A stretch of DNA of 64,000 nucleotides. Source: Sulfurimonadaceae bacterium (GTDB lineage Bacteria; Campylobacterota; Campylobacteria; Campylobacterales; Sulfurimonadaceae). The notes beneath the pieces are model-generated. The model made no database searches. It was not told where the DNA came from and saw nothing but the letters and a program-made list of their open reading frames with translations. The stretch is taken from contig JBFFUI010000008.1 in assembly GCA_041571435.1 (NCBI GenBank), forward strand, positions 1 to 64,000. Reading direction: 5' to 3'. The position numbers were made by a program, and so were the translations under genes. The stretch's first letter is position 1. Each line of letters starts with the position of its first letter. Below, piece by piece: positions 37,981 through 47,640 of the stretch.

Positions 37981-38589
37981 TTAGAACTTGTATTGGACAC
38001 CGAGATAGAGCGTACCGATGAAATTGTAATAACTTCCTTGCCCGCTCAAATCGTTCACCTCTTGTGTCGTATCAAACTTACTCCAGTCTCCTTCATACGC
38101 AGCACGGAAACCCAGACCCCCTAAAGCACGCGGTGTGTAGAGCAGGCCAATTCCGTAATGCAGGCTCACAAAAAGATCGCGGTCATACACGGTACCTTTA
38201 TCGGCTGCCAGCCATAATACTCCTGCCCCGGCAATAACAAAAGGTCTCAGCTGGTTGTGCCAAAGGTCACTTCCGTAGTTCAGATAAACAGCTGTCGACA
38301 TCGGTGTGAAGGTCTCTATCGTCTCGCCGTTTTTGGTCACATCATATATGCCGTATCCGGTAAAAGAACCTTCAAGTGTCGCTTCATGGTTAAACTTGTA
38401 GCCTGTATAGAGTTTGTAGGCACCACTGACATCACTGAGTTCGCCCCCGATATCCGAAGCTGCACCGGCATCGTTATAGTAGGTCGCACCAGCACCCAGA
38501 CCGATAAAAAAACCTTCACCGTTGCGTCTCGCATCCAGTGTAAGCGGCAATAAAACAAGCAGTGTTAATGTCAGTAATATTCTCTTCAT
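37981..38589 (-). CDS. Outer-membrane beta-barrel protein (OmpA-like transmembrane domain)
   Basis: Signal peptide, alternating beta strands and C-terminal YLGVQYKF. Confidence 0.8.
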   Translation of the reverse strand: MKRILLTLTLLVLLPLTLDARRNGEGFFIGLGAGATYYNDAGAASDIGGELSDVSGAYKLYTGYKFNHEATLEGSFTGYGIYDVTKNGETIETFTPMSTAVYLNYGSDLWHNQLRPFVIAGAGVLWLAADKGTVYDRDLFVSLHYGIGLLYTPRALGGLGFRAAYEGDWSKFDTTQEVNDLSGQGSYYNFIGTLYLGVQYKF

Positions 38590-38628
38590 AGTTCCCTCTG
38601 ATTGTAAAAAATGTAGTGTAGCACTTTA

Positions 38629-39447
38629 TCACTTCTGCTTAACAAAGAAGAGGCGCGGGTCGACCATCGCACCGTTGAGTGAAACACCCCAATGCAGATG
38701 CGGGCCGGTAACACGTCCTGTCGCACCTACCTCCCCGATCTTTTCGCCTTTTTTGACAATCTGCCCTTTTTTGACGTCGAACTTGTGCATATGACAGTAC
38801 ATACTGACCAGTCCAAGACCATGATCGATAAAGATGACGTTGCCGTTAAAAAAGAACTCCCCCATCTCGACGATCTTACCGCCGAGCGGTGCTACGATCT
38901 TTGTACCGGTGGGTGCAGCCATATCGACCCCGCTGTGCGGACGGCGGGGTTTGTTGTTAAAGTAGCGGCGTTTGCCGAAGTCATCGCTGATCTTGACCTC
39001 GACCGGCTTGACCATGGAGAGGTCGCTGAACTTTTTCGGCGAAAACAGGGCTAGCGCTTTTCGTGAACGGCTAGATTCCTCTTTGATGCGCTGCATATCC
39101 TCTTTCAGAGGCGAGACCTTGCGCTTGTTTTTCATGTTGATGTACTGCTTTTCATACGCTTTGTCGTCGAGATAAAAAGAGTGGAACTGCTCTTTTTCGC
39201 CCTCTTTGATAGTCACCTTGTACGGCTCTTTGATTTTTTGGTTCAGCCCTATTCCCGCTACGATGAAATACTTATCTTGCACTTGCGATGGGAGTACCAT
39301 CAACTGACGTTTTCCAAGGTAGGCTTTCGGTTCGACCTTGCTTTCGACCTCCTGCACGATCACACCCCCTGGAAAAGGGGCATTTTCAGGCAGTACAAGA
39401 CCAAAGCCGTTAACAGCAAATAGCAGTATAAGCAGATTAATCTTCAT
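38629..39447 (-). CDS. M23 family peptidoglycan DD-metalloendopeptidase
   Basis: HSGVD, DHG.G..S.Y.H and GRVTGPHLHW motifs; signal peptide. Confidence 0.9.
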   Translation of the reverse strand: MKINLLILLFAVNGFGLVLPENAPFPGGVIVQEVESKVEPKAYLGKRQLMVLPSQVQDKYFIVAGIGLNQKIKEPYKVTIKEGEKEQFHSFYLDDKAYEKQYINMKNKRKVSPLKEDMQRIKEESSRSRKALALFSPKKFSDLSMVKPVEVKISDDFGKRRYFNNKPRRPHSGVDMAAPTGTKIVAPLGGKIVEMGEFFFNGNVIFIDHGLGLVSMYCHMHKFDVKKGQIVKKGEKIGEVGATGRVTGPHLHWGVSLNGAMVDPRLFFVKQK

Positions 39448-40711
39448 CCAGACTCCTCACAATATTTTGCAATGATAGATAGACACGCTCTACCGATGCA
39501 AGCTCCACTTTTTCACGGTTGGAGTGCGGGTGCATGATGTTCGGTCCGATGGAGGCCATTGCGATACCGGGATGCTTCTCTTTGATGATCCCGCACTCCA
39601 ATCCTGCATGGATGGCACCGTAGCTTGCCTTTTCGAACAGGTGCTTCGTCATATTCAAGACCAGGTCTGAAAAGCTGTTCTTCTCGGGTTTCCAGGGCGA
39701 GTAAAAGCCTTCCGACTCGACGTCGAACCCCTCTTTAGCAAAATAGGACGTAGTCTCACGCTCGAGTGCTATAAGCTCCTCTCTGTCCATGGAACGGCCG
39801 CTGAGTTGAACGCGCAAGGCCTCCTCAGAGCTCTCTATCAAAGCGAGATTAATACTGGTCTCGACAATGTCGAGGTCTCTGTTTAGAGCACGCACGCCGC
39901 TCTCAAAACCTGCCAGCATGGCGATGATCGCACAGCTCTCACCCATCACATCGGCCTCCTGCACGCCCAGATAGACGGCACCCTCGATTGTGGCTTCCTC
40001 TTCAAGACCGAAGACGATCTCCGCCTTTTTAGGGATGGAGTTACGGCGTTCACCGCCGCTTACCTTGACGATAAAGCTCTCGGTCTCACACAGTTTTTTG
40101 AAAAGAAGAGAGATCGCATTGGGAATGTTTTTGTCGATATCGACTCCCGAGTGCCCGCCGGCAAGACCACTGATCTCGTACGTGTAAAGATGCAGCTTCT
40201 TTTTTTGGCGTGTCAACGCTTTTGTGGCGATGATGTCAACACCCCCGGCACAACCGATGGTGACGACCCCCTCCTCCTCCGAGTCAAGATTCAGCAGGTA
40301 AGGGGTTGAAAGTTCCAGCTCCAGACCTCTCGCTCCCAGCAGTCCGACCTCTTCTTCAGCCGTAAAGAGGCAATCCACCTCAGCACCACTCTCCATCAGC
40401 GTCAACATCATCGCCATCCCCATACCGTTATCAGCACCCAGTGTCGAATCTTCGGCAGAGAGCCACCCTTCTGACTCTTTGAGTTGCAGAGGAAATTCGA
40501 CCCCAATGCAGACCATATCGTAGTGTGCCTGCAGCGTCATCTTCGCACCCTCTTTTTTTGCCAATATGTTTCCGACCGCATCCGTAGAGACCCGGTAGCC
40601 GTAGGACGAACATCTTTCTACAAGGTATGCTTTCATCGCTTCAGCTTCATAAGAGCAGTGCGGGATCGTACAGAGTGTATTGAAATGGTCAATAACTGTT
40701 GATACTGACAT
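39437..40711 (-). CDS. pepD: M20 family aminoacyl-histidine dipeptidase
   Basis: QAHYDMV, LGADNG, EEVGL, NLDSEE, GHSG and HAGLECG motifs. Start at ATG 40711. Confidence 0.9.
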   Translation of the reverse strand: MSVSTVIDHFNTLCTIPHCSYEAEAMKAYLVERCSSYGYRVSTDAVGNILAKKEGAKMTLQAHYDMVCIGVEFPLQLKESEGWLSAEDSTLGADNGMGMAMMLTLMESGAEVDCLFTAEEEVGLLGARGLELELSTPYLLNLDSEEEGVVTIGCAGGVDIIATKALTRQKKKLHLYTYEISGLAGGHSGVDIDKNIPNAISLLFKKLCETESFIVKVSGGERRNSIPKKAEIVFGLEEEATIEGAVYLGVQEADVMGESCAIIAMLAGFESGVRALNRDLDIVETSINLALIESSEEALRVQLSGRSMDREELIALERETTSYFAKEGFDVESEGFYSPWKPEKNSFSDLVLNMTKHLFEKASYGAIHAGLECGIIKEKHPGIAMASIGPNIMHPHSNREKVELASVERVYLSLQNIVRSLDED

Positions 40712-40719
40712 ATGCCATC

Positions 40720-41430
40720 CTACTTTATCGCGATAAAGGTCGCAAAATTGGCCCACCGGAAGATGCATTCGCAGTGCGAAAAACCGCAGCGCTCTGCCAT
40801 CTCTATGTTTTCTGCTTCCGTGTACGGGATCAGGACATTTTCCAGGGCTTCACGCTTCTGCGCTATTTCGTATTGACTGTACCCCTGTTCTTGTTTAAAA
40901 TCATAATAGCAGTCGATCAGCTCTTTGTTGAGCTTGGAGTTTGAACTCACCACCTTCTCACTGAAAATAAACGCACCGCCGCCGTTCATCACACCGCTGA
41001 TCTTTCTGATCAACTCTTCGCGGACAAGCGGTCGGATAAACTGCAGCGTGTAGTTGCTGATGACGACATCACAAGGCTGGTAATCATAGGAGAGGATATC
41101 TGCCTCTTTTACCTCAACATTCGAGTTAAACGCAAGGATCTTTTTTTGTGCCTGCTCCAACATCGATGGGGCATTGTCCAGACCGACCAGCCGGGCATCG
41201 ACCTCCAATGAGCGTTCGACGTCCAAAAGCGTTGACGCCGTAGAACAGCCAAGATCATAGACCAGACCACCTTCAGGAAGGTAATTCTTCGCAAACCGCT
41301 GTGTCAGTTTCATCGCCTCGGCGTAAAAGGGAACAGAGCGCTGCAGCATGTCGTCAAAGACTGCCGCTATCTCCGCATCAAACTCAAACTGTTTTGCTAT
41401 CGGCTTGTTAAATACTTCATCTTTTTTCAT
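40720..41430 (-). CDS. cmoA: Carboxy-S-adenosyl-L-methionine synthase
   Basis: FEFD..A.VFDDM..RSVP.Y, YDLGCST, YTLQF and KREALENVL motifs. Confidence 0.95.
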   Translation of the reverse strand: MKKDEVFNKPIAKQFEFDAEIAAVFDDMLQRSVPFYAEAMKLTQRFAKNYLPEGGLVYDLGCSTASTLLDVERSLEVDARLVGLDNAPSMLEQAQKKILAFNSNVEVKEADILSYDYQPCDVVISNYTLQFIRPLVREELIRKISGVMNGGGAFIFSEKVVSSNSKLNKELIDCYYDFKQEQGYSQYEIAQKREALENVLIPYTEAENIEMAERCGFSHCECIFRWANFATFIAIK

Positions 41431-41736
41431 AAAGATATTTTAGCGAATAAGTTGCAATATCGCTATGAATCCTACCCTGGAAAATTATGCGTCAAACGTC
41501 CGGGACTTTTATTGACAACACCTGCGACAAAGATATGACCTCTGTCTATGTGGAGTTTCTGCCCCAAATACCGGAAAAAGTGAGTAGTACCAGAACAGTT
41601 CTGGCGTTCTATAGCGCATTGTCACACTGCTGCAGGGCTGTGTAGAAAAGTACCTAAATCCAACTTTTTATTGTAAATTTACTTCTAAACAGGTATCGTA
41701 ATAATATATACTATAATAAACCAGAAGGGGTTTTAT

Positions 41737-43026
41737 ATGAAAACGATTCAATTGGGGAGTAAGAAATTCTTGTTAATGGTGGCCGCGTTGTTTGTGGTCA
41801 CATCGTTCATAGCCATTATGAGTAAGGGCTGCAGCGGAGACGGCAGCAGCACTAGTGGTGGCATATTTGTCGAGGCTCCGGGTGAACCGACGAATTTTAC
41901 GGTCGTAGCGACAGCCGCTGGTGGGGACCTCTCTGCCACGCTGGCCTGGTCGGCACCGACGACAGGCGGTGAGACGACCTCCTATGAGATCTATCGCAGC
42001 AATTCAGCCGACAACATTTTTGATCCGGCTAACCGCCTGATCTCCCTGCCGGCCACAACCTTTGAGTTCATCGACAATGCCGGGCTGGAGAGGGGCGTAA
42101 CGACCTACTGGATCGTCGCCGCCAAGAACGACGGCGGGGAGACCCCTACGCTTTCAGAAGGCTATACCCCTCCTGGCCACGGTGGGGGTGAAGTCGAAAC
42201 CTACGGCAACAACTTCGCCGCAGCGATGATCTTTGCCGACGGGTATGGTATCAGCGGACAGCAGATTACCGGGAGCTGGACGGAAGACAACCTTTCGCTC
42301 ATCGACTACGCTACCGGGCTGCGTCCGTCTGACTTGGAAGCCCCGACACAATTTCCGTACTTCGACGAGAACACGACATTTGAGCTAGGCGGCGTGACCT
42401 ACTACAAGCAGAAGACCGCCAGCACATGGCAGGGGGAATGGATAGACGGGTCGAACTCGCTGGTTGAACACAATGTTACGGCAGCGTGGGGCGACAACCT
42501 GATCAGCCAGACCCTGAACACCGAATCCATCGTCAGGGTCGAGATGGTGCTCTCCGAAGACCTGGACACCAACATGACCTCTTACAAGATGGTTTCGCTT
42601 TACGGTACTAAGGATGTTGAGATATACGGGACAGACGGCACAACCTACGAAAACAACAGCTCATTCGTCTTTGCTACCAATGCCCACCTGACGATTCAGC
42701 AAGTGGATGAAAACGGCACTGTGCTGGCGGAGGTGGAAGACCAGACGCTCTTCGACGGAAGCGTCCCAGACGGCCCGGGCAAATTCGGAGCTGAGATCAA
42801 TGTGGCCGGTAACCTTACGTACGGATACGTATGGGACCTCAAGCAAAACCCTGTCCCGGCGGGAACATATCGGATCACGTTCTCGCTGGACGGCACGTCA
42901 GTTCCTACAGGTACGCCGAACAACACCATTATCGGTTCGGTCGCAGTGCCAACCGAAGGAGACCCAAGCACATTCCCTGTGCTCGATTCCGAAACTTCTA
43001 CACACATCGACATTATCATCCACTAA
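41737..43026 (+). CDS. Exported acidic protein (possible lipoprotein) with a fibronectin type III domain and an unknown C-terminal domain
   Basis: N-terminal hydrophobic segment ending in KGC, FN3 pattern (P..F....L.W.AP...Y.IYR...L..G.TY...V.A.N..G), and visibly higher GC than its neighbours. Confidence 0.7.
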   Translation: MKTIQLGSKKFLLMVAALFVVTSFIAIMSKGCSGDGSSTSGGIFVEAPGEPTNFTVVATAAGGDLSATLAWSAPTTGGETTSYEIYRSNSADNIFDPANRLISLPATTFEFIDNAGLERGVTTYWIVAAKNDGGETPTLSEGYTPPGHGGGEVETYGNNFAAAMIFADGYGISGQQITGSWTEDNLSLIDYATGLRPSDLEAPTQFPYFDENTTFELGGVTYYKQKTASTWQGEWIDGSNSLVEHNVTAAWGDNLISQTLNTESIVRVEMVLSEDLDTNMTSYKMVSLYGTKDVEIYGTDGTTYENNSSFVFATNAHLTIQQVDENGTVLAEVEDQTLFDGSVPDGPGKFGAEINVAGNLTYGYVWDLKQNPVPAGTYRITFSLDGTSVPTGTPNNTIIGSVAVPTEGDPSTFPVLDSETSTHIDIIIH

Positions 43027-43194
43027 CAGCGACCCTTTCGGGGGAACAATCAGCAGGGAACGTTTCTGCCTGCTGAGCAGGTTAGCGATAAGAGATGAAG
43101 GCCCTTTGAGTGATGGACATAGGGCTCACGAATGACCTGCGTCAAGAACGCAAAGGCGAAAAATGGTTAAACTTGTCAGCAAAAAAAGTGTCGA

Positions 43195-43554
43195 ATGAGC
43201 ACGCTTGAAACAGTGATGATGGCGACCTTTGTTCTGGCCTTGGGGTTTAGCGGGTGGAAACTCTATGCTTTCCTGCCCACCAAACCTCTGAAAGATGATG
43301 ATACGACCTCTGTTTCCGTCGAAACGTTAAAAACGATAATGTATGATGTCATCCATTCAGGCGAACTTGACGAAGAGGCGATCGTCACCAAGATGAAAGA
43401 GCATCCGAAGTTTGACCATGACCACTTCTGGCGTTTTAACCATAACCGCCTAAAGCAGCTTTTGAACAGCCACTTTCTGGAGCATCCTCACCATCAGAAC
43501 ATTGAACATATTCATGACCACCTTACAGGTAAAGATCAGAGCGTATCAAAATAG
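43195..43554 (+). CDS. Hypothetical membrane-anchored protein with His-rich C-terminus
   Basis: N-terminal TM helix, HFWRFN motif and HFLEHPHHQNIEHIHDH; overlaps the 3' end of pyk convergently. Confidence 0.7.
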   Translation: MSTLETVMMATFVLALGFSGWKLYAFLPTKPLKDDDTTSVSVETLKTIMYDVIHSGELDEEAIVTKMKEHPKFDHDHFWRFNHNRLKQLLNSHFLEHPHHQNIEHIHDHLTGKDQSVSK

Positions 43555-44975
43555 TTCATCTCTGCTGAACGCAGGATCCGTATATTGTTGGTCGTACCCG
43601 GGACACCGACCGGATCACCCGCAGTCAAGACGTAGCACCCTTCGCGCTCAAGCACCTCGTCTCGAAGACCTTTTTTGATCACCTCGCTCATCATCTGGTC
43701 CAAAGAGCTTTTGCAGACCAAAAATGCAGGTGCAACACCCCAGACGATCGTCAAGGAGCGTGCCACACGCTCATCGTGCATGATAGCCAGAATAGGTTTC
43801 TTTGGACGATAGCGCGCCAGTTTTTTAGCCGATTGTCCCGAAGTCGTCAAGGCCAAAAGTGCATTGGCATTCAGGTTATCGACGAGCATCACGGCCGATT
43901 CATCGATCACATCCATCTCGTCATGCATCGTAAAACCTGAAAAACGACCGTACTGATAGATCTTTTCTGTCTCACGAATCGTGTTGACCATTGTCTCTAC
44001 TGCCAGAACAGGGTTGTGACCAATGGCACTCTCTTCGGAGAGCATCACCACATCCGTACCATCGAGAACGGCATTGGCGACGTCAGAGATCTCGGCACGT
44101 GTCGCCGTCTCGCTCTCCGTCATAGAGAGCAGCATCTGCGTGGCTGTAATAACAGGCTTACTCGCTTCGTTGGCCTTGTGTATCACACGTTTTTGAATCG
44201 CCGGCACTTCATAATACGGCACTTCGATACCCAAATCCCCGCGCGCGACCATAATACCGTCACTCGCATCCAAAATCTCATCGATGTTCTCTACAGCATC
44301 AAATTTTTCGATCTTGGCAAAGAGCTGCTGATGACCGCCATGCTGGTCAACGATCGCACGTGCGTTTTGCATGTCGGACGCATTCTGGACAAACGAGATC
44401 GCCATGAAATCGACATCGTTCTCAATACCCCACAACATATCTTCGCGGTCTTTCGGTGTCAACACATCGATACCGATACGTGTATTGGGAAAGTTGACGC
44501 CCTTGTTTGAAGAGAGCTTTCCGCTGTTTTGCACAACTGCAATGACCGTTTCACCAACACTCTCGACTTTGGCACGAATATTGCCATCGTAGAGATAAAT
44601 ATACTCGCCCTCTTTCATCTTAGGCAAAATGTCACTCTGGTTAATAGAGAGCTTGTAATGGTCCTCCTTGAGCTGTGCACCTACAATATTTTCCTTGACG
44701 AACTCCAGGATATCGCCATTTTTGAGCAGAAAATCATCCTCCAGCTTTCCGACACGTACCTTTGGTCCGCTGATGTCCTGCAATACACCGACAATAAGCC
44801 CTGTGTTTTTCATAGCCTGTCGTATCAACTGGAGAACACAGGAGTGATACTCATGAGTTCCATGCGAGAAGTTCATCCGAAAGACATTGACCCCGGCCCT
44901 GATCAACGCTTCCAATTGTTCCAGTGAATCTGATGCCGGTCCCACTGTTGCCAGGACCTTTGTTCTTTTTTTCAT
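43536..44975 (-). CDS. pyk: Pyruvate kinase
   Basis: RTK..ATVGP, RMNFSHG, KGVN.P, AKIE, MVARGDLG and ATQML.SM motifs. Start at ATG 44975. Confidence 0.98.
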   Translation of the reverse strand: MKKRTKVLATVGPASDSLEQLEALIRAGVNVFRMNFSHGTHEYHSCVLQLIRQAMKNTGLIVGVLQDISGPKVRVGKLEDDFLLKNGDILEFVKENIVGAQLKEDHYKLSINQSDILPKMKEGEYIYLYDGNIRAKVESVGETVIAVVQNSGKLSSNKGVNFPNTRIGIDVLTPKDREDMLWGIENDVDFMAISFVQNASDMQNARAIVDQHGGHQQLFAKIEKFDAVENIDEILDASDGIMVARGDLGIEVPYYEVPAIQKRVIHKANEASKPVITATQMLLSMTESETATRAEISDVANAVLDGTDVVMLSEESAIGHNPVLAVETMVNTIRETEKIYQYGRFSGFTMHDEMDVIDESAVMLVDNLNANALLALTTSGQSAKKLARYRPKKPILAIMHDERVARSLTIVWGVAPAFLVCKSSLDQMMSEVIKKGLRDEVLEREGCYVLTAGDPVGVPGTTNNIRILRSAEMNYFDTL

Positions 44976-45126
44976 CCCCTCTCCTTCATGCCTCAAGTTT
45001 GTAATTGGTACTATTCTAGCATTGTAAAGCAACCGGATGGTTACAATGAGACGGGCATAATTTAAAATATGCTAAAATCGACAAACGTATATTTACGATC
45101 TATTTTGTGTTAGTGAAAGGAAGCCT

Positions 45127-45786
45127 ATGCGTCTTAGTATAGACGAATATGCAAGTCGTTTTGAAGTCCCGATTGCAACGATACACAAGCAGCTTCGCAA
45201 CAGAGAGCTTGATTACAGTATCGACAATGGTGTTGTCTACATCCTGCTCTCAAGCACACCGGAGCCAAAACAGAAGACATCTGTGGGCACCATTATCGCC
45301 CTTTACCAAAAAGAGAACCAGCATCTCAAAGAGAAGGTCGAAGAGCTTGAGAAGAAGATCGATAGACTCATCGATGACAAGGAGCAGATGCTCAGAGAAG
45401 AGCGTAACCGTATTGAACATCTCTATCAGACAAAAGATGAGCAGCTCAGAACGGTACTGGAGCTTATGAATACAAAGATGCAGCTCGCTCAGCCTACAGC
45501 CAGAGAAGAAGCGACGAAAGATAACAGCGGCGTCGATATTGATGTCGACACCGATCATGATATAACTGTTGAACCTGACGATACCGACAGCGAACCGCAT
45601 AACCCACATAAGATCTCACTGCGCAGATACCTTAAAAACATCGGTCTTGAAAGTCACGAGAAACGTATCATCAAACGCCGTTTTGCCGGCGCATACGGAA
45701 GTGATATCAGAATTCTGCAGCATGGTGGCGAGTTTTATCTCGACCTCTCTAAATTCGACTACAGTGACCTGCTGAAAATCCATTAA
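45127..45786 (+). CDS. HTH plus coiled-coil protein (DUF3972-like)
   Basis: MerR/excisionase-like N-terminal HTH (SIDEYA.......I...LR), a long heptad coiled coil and a small C-terminal domain. Confidence 0.6.
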   Translation: MRLSIDEYASRFEVPIATIHKQLRNRELDYSIDNGVVYILLSSTPEPKQKTSVGTIIALYQKENQHLKEKVEELEKKIDRLIDDKEQMLREERNRIEHLYQTKDEQLRTVLELMNTKMQLAQPTAREEATKDNSGVDIDVDTDHDITVEPDDTDSEPHNPHKISLRRYLKNIGLESHEKRIIKRRFAGAYGSDIRILQHGGEFYLDLSKFDYSDLLKIH

Positions 45787-46038
45787 TTCAAAAATAAGAT
45801 TTCCTTATCATACTTATCGTTTTTGTTACTTTTCTTAACAACTTTCACCCCCTGTAGGCTCCGAACTGTGGGGGGTTTGTGAAAAAAAACAGCCGTTTCC
45901 AACGATTTCTTCCTAAATATTATAAAAAGAAGAAAACTTTAAGCTTAGAGAGTATAAAGTAGTCCTAGTTGAATCATTGAACCCCCTAATACAGGGGAGA
46001 ATTTGATGTCAAACATCTTGAAAAAAAGGGCATTTCGT

Positions 46039-46323
46039 ATGAATAAAGCACAATTCGTTGAACTCGTTCAAAAAAACGGTGACTACAAAACTAAAGTTGA
46101 AGCAGAAACTGCAATCAAAGCATTTACAGAATCAGTAACAGAAGCACTAGTAGGTAAAGAAGATATCTCTCTAGTAGGTTTTGGTAGCTTTGCAGCATCA
46201 CTTCAAAAAGGTAAAAGTGGTAAAGTACCAGGTACTGACAAAACTTATACTACTCAAGATAAAATGGTACCTAAGTTCAAAGCCGGTAAAAGTCTTAAAG
46301 ACCGCGTTGCTGCTGGAAAATAG
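46039..46323 (+). CDS. hup: HU DNA-binding protein
   Basis: MNKAQFV, L.GFGSF and PKFKAGK.LK motifs; strong codon bias. Start at ATG 46039. Confidence 0.95.
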   Translation: MNKAQFVELVQKNGDYKTKVEAETAIKAFTESVTEALVGKEDISLVGFGSFAASLQKGKSGKVPGTDKTYTTQDKMVPKFKAGKSLKDRVAAGK

Positions 46324-46332
46324 TCACCCCTT

Positions 46333-46352
46333 GTCACGCGCTTTAGCGTGAC
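46333..46352 (+). terminator. Hairpin downstream of hup (probable terminator)
   Basis: GTCACGC-GCTTTA-GCGTGAC shortly after the stop codon; the U-tract is weak. Confidence 0.45.
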
Positions 46353-46460
46353 CCCCTCTCTTAAACTTTTCAAATCCTTTTTTAACTGTTTATAAAACTA
46401 ATCTCTCTCCATTCATGCTGTGTTACAATCCGTAGATCTATCGCAATGCCGGAGGAAAAG

Positions 46461-46853
46461 ATGCCTAAAATAGTCAAATCTGCACAGCAGTGGCGTGAAA
46501 AGCTCTCTGCTGAAGCCTATGCCGTCTGTCGGGAGCATGGTACAGAGGCTCCTTTCAACGGCATGTATTACGATTGCCATGAAGAAGGCACCTACCGCTG
46601 CGTATGCTGTGATGCCCCACTGTTTCACTCTGAAACCAAATTTGACTCCGGCACCGGATGGCCCAGCTATTATGAAGCGATCGAAGATGCCGTCATCGAA
46701 AAAAAAGATGAGCGCTATGGCATGGTAAGGGTCGAGGTCTTATGTGCCAGCTGTGATGCCCATCTTGGCCACGTTTTTGATGATGGCCCGGAACCGACCG
46801 GCCTGCGCTACTGTATCAATTCGGTATGTTTAACGCTGGATGAAGAAAAATAA
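46461..46853 (+). CDS. msrB: Peptide-methionine (R)-S-oxide reductase
   Basis: GTE.PF, Cxx[20 protein letters not shown] and RYCINS motifs. GGAGG RBS before ATG 46461. Confidence 0.97.
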   Translation: MPKIVKSAQQWREKLSAEAYAVCREHGTEAPFNGMYYDCHEEGTYRCVCCDAPLFHSETKFDSGTGWPSYYEAIEDAVIEKKDERYGMVRVEVLCASCDAHLGHVFDDGPEPTGLRYCINSVCLTLDEEK

Positions 46854-46938
46854 GAGACAAGCAAAGATGGTGATTACGATATAACGCTAAATGTCCCATC
46901 GTAAAAAGTTTCTGATTCTGTGTAGATTGTGTTGAACG

Positions 46939-46974
46939 CAGACTGAAAGCGCACTACTGTGCGCAAAGAGTCTG
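46939..46974. terminator. Nested stem-loop between the convergent msrB and OMP genes
   Basis: CAGACT-GAAA-GCGCAC-TACT-GTGCGC-AAAG-AGTCTG. Confidence 0.45.
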
Positions 46975-47007
46975 AGTCGGGTGTAAGATGCTCTGAAGAG
47001 AGAACTT

Positions 47008-47556
47008 TTAGAAGTGGAACTCGATGCCGGCACCGTAGTTTGTAATGCTTTCACCGATCACCGTATAATCGATATAGGCATCCAGATGTTGCATGATCGT
47101 AATGCCCCCGCCGATACCAGAAGAGAAAGTCACGTCACGTGAGTTGACAACATTATCGCCGCTATTGAAATATTCAGCACCGCCAAGATTCGGGAAGATA
47201 ATCCCGAAACGCGGTTTGACATAGATGATGTCCGTTACAGGAATACGGTAAACGGCATAGGTAGCCAATGTAGTCACATTGACTTTGTCGCGATCGTTAT
47301 TCGGCCCTTTATAATCCACTTTAGGATCAACGACAGACTTTGTCAACTCTACCTCGGCACCGAAACCTTCTAAAACCGCATCTAGCGTCATACCTCCGCG
47401 TGCCACGGCAGCCAGACCCATATCCCAATTTTGCACATTCTTCGGTACTGCTTCAAGTGCCACACCGCCGCCCGCGTAGAAACCGACCTCTGTTGCCATT
47501 GCACCAGTACTCAATACTGCTGTTGCTAAAAGTGCTGAAGTGAACTTTTTCATCAT
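47008..47556 (-). CDS. Outer-membrane beta-barrel protein (8-stranded type)
   Basis: Signal peptide MMKKFTSALLATAVLSTGAMA, C-terminal YGAGIEFHF and AAGGA RBS. Confidence 0.8.
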   Translation of the reverse strand: MMKKFTSALLATAVLSTGAMATEVGFYAGGGVALEAVPKNVQNWDMGLAAVARGGMTLDAVLEGFGAEVELTKSVVDPKVDYKGPNNDRDKVNVTTLATYAVYRIPVTDIIYVKPRFGIIFPNLGGAEYFNSGDNVVNSRDVTFSSGIGGGITIMQHLDAYIDYTVIGESITNYGAGIEFHF

Positions 47557-47640
47557 TAATTCCTTACTATTGATTAATATAATGCGCACATAGTAGCATA
47601 CTTTGCTATAATTATTTAAACTACCCACTTCTTGGAGAAC

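Noticed and set aside
41600-41618. Possible sigma54 promoter (TGGCGTTCTATAGCGC) before the FN3 gene
   Set aside because: GG-to-GC spacing is 9 or 11 nt, not the required 10, and TATAAT boxes lie nearer the gene.
46461-46853. Selenocysteine recoding in MsrB or the Mo-enzyme
   Set aside because: Both have ordinary Cys at the catalytic or ligand positions and no in-frame TGA.
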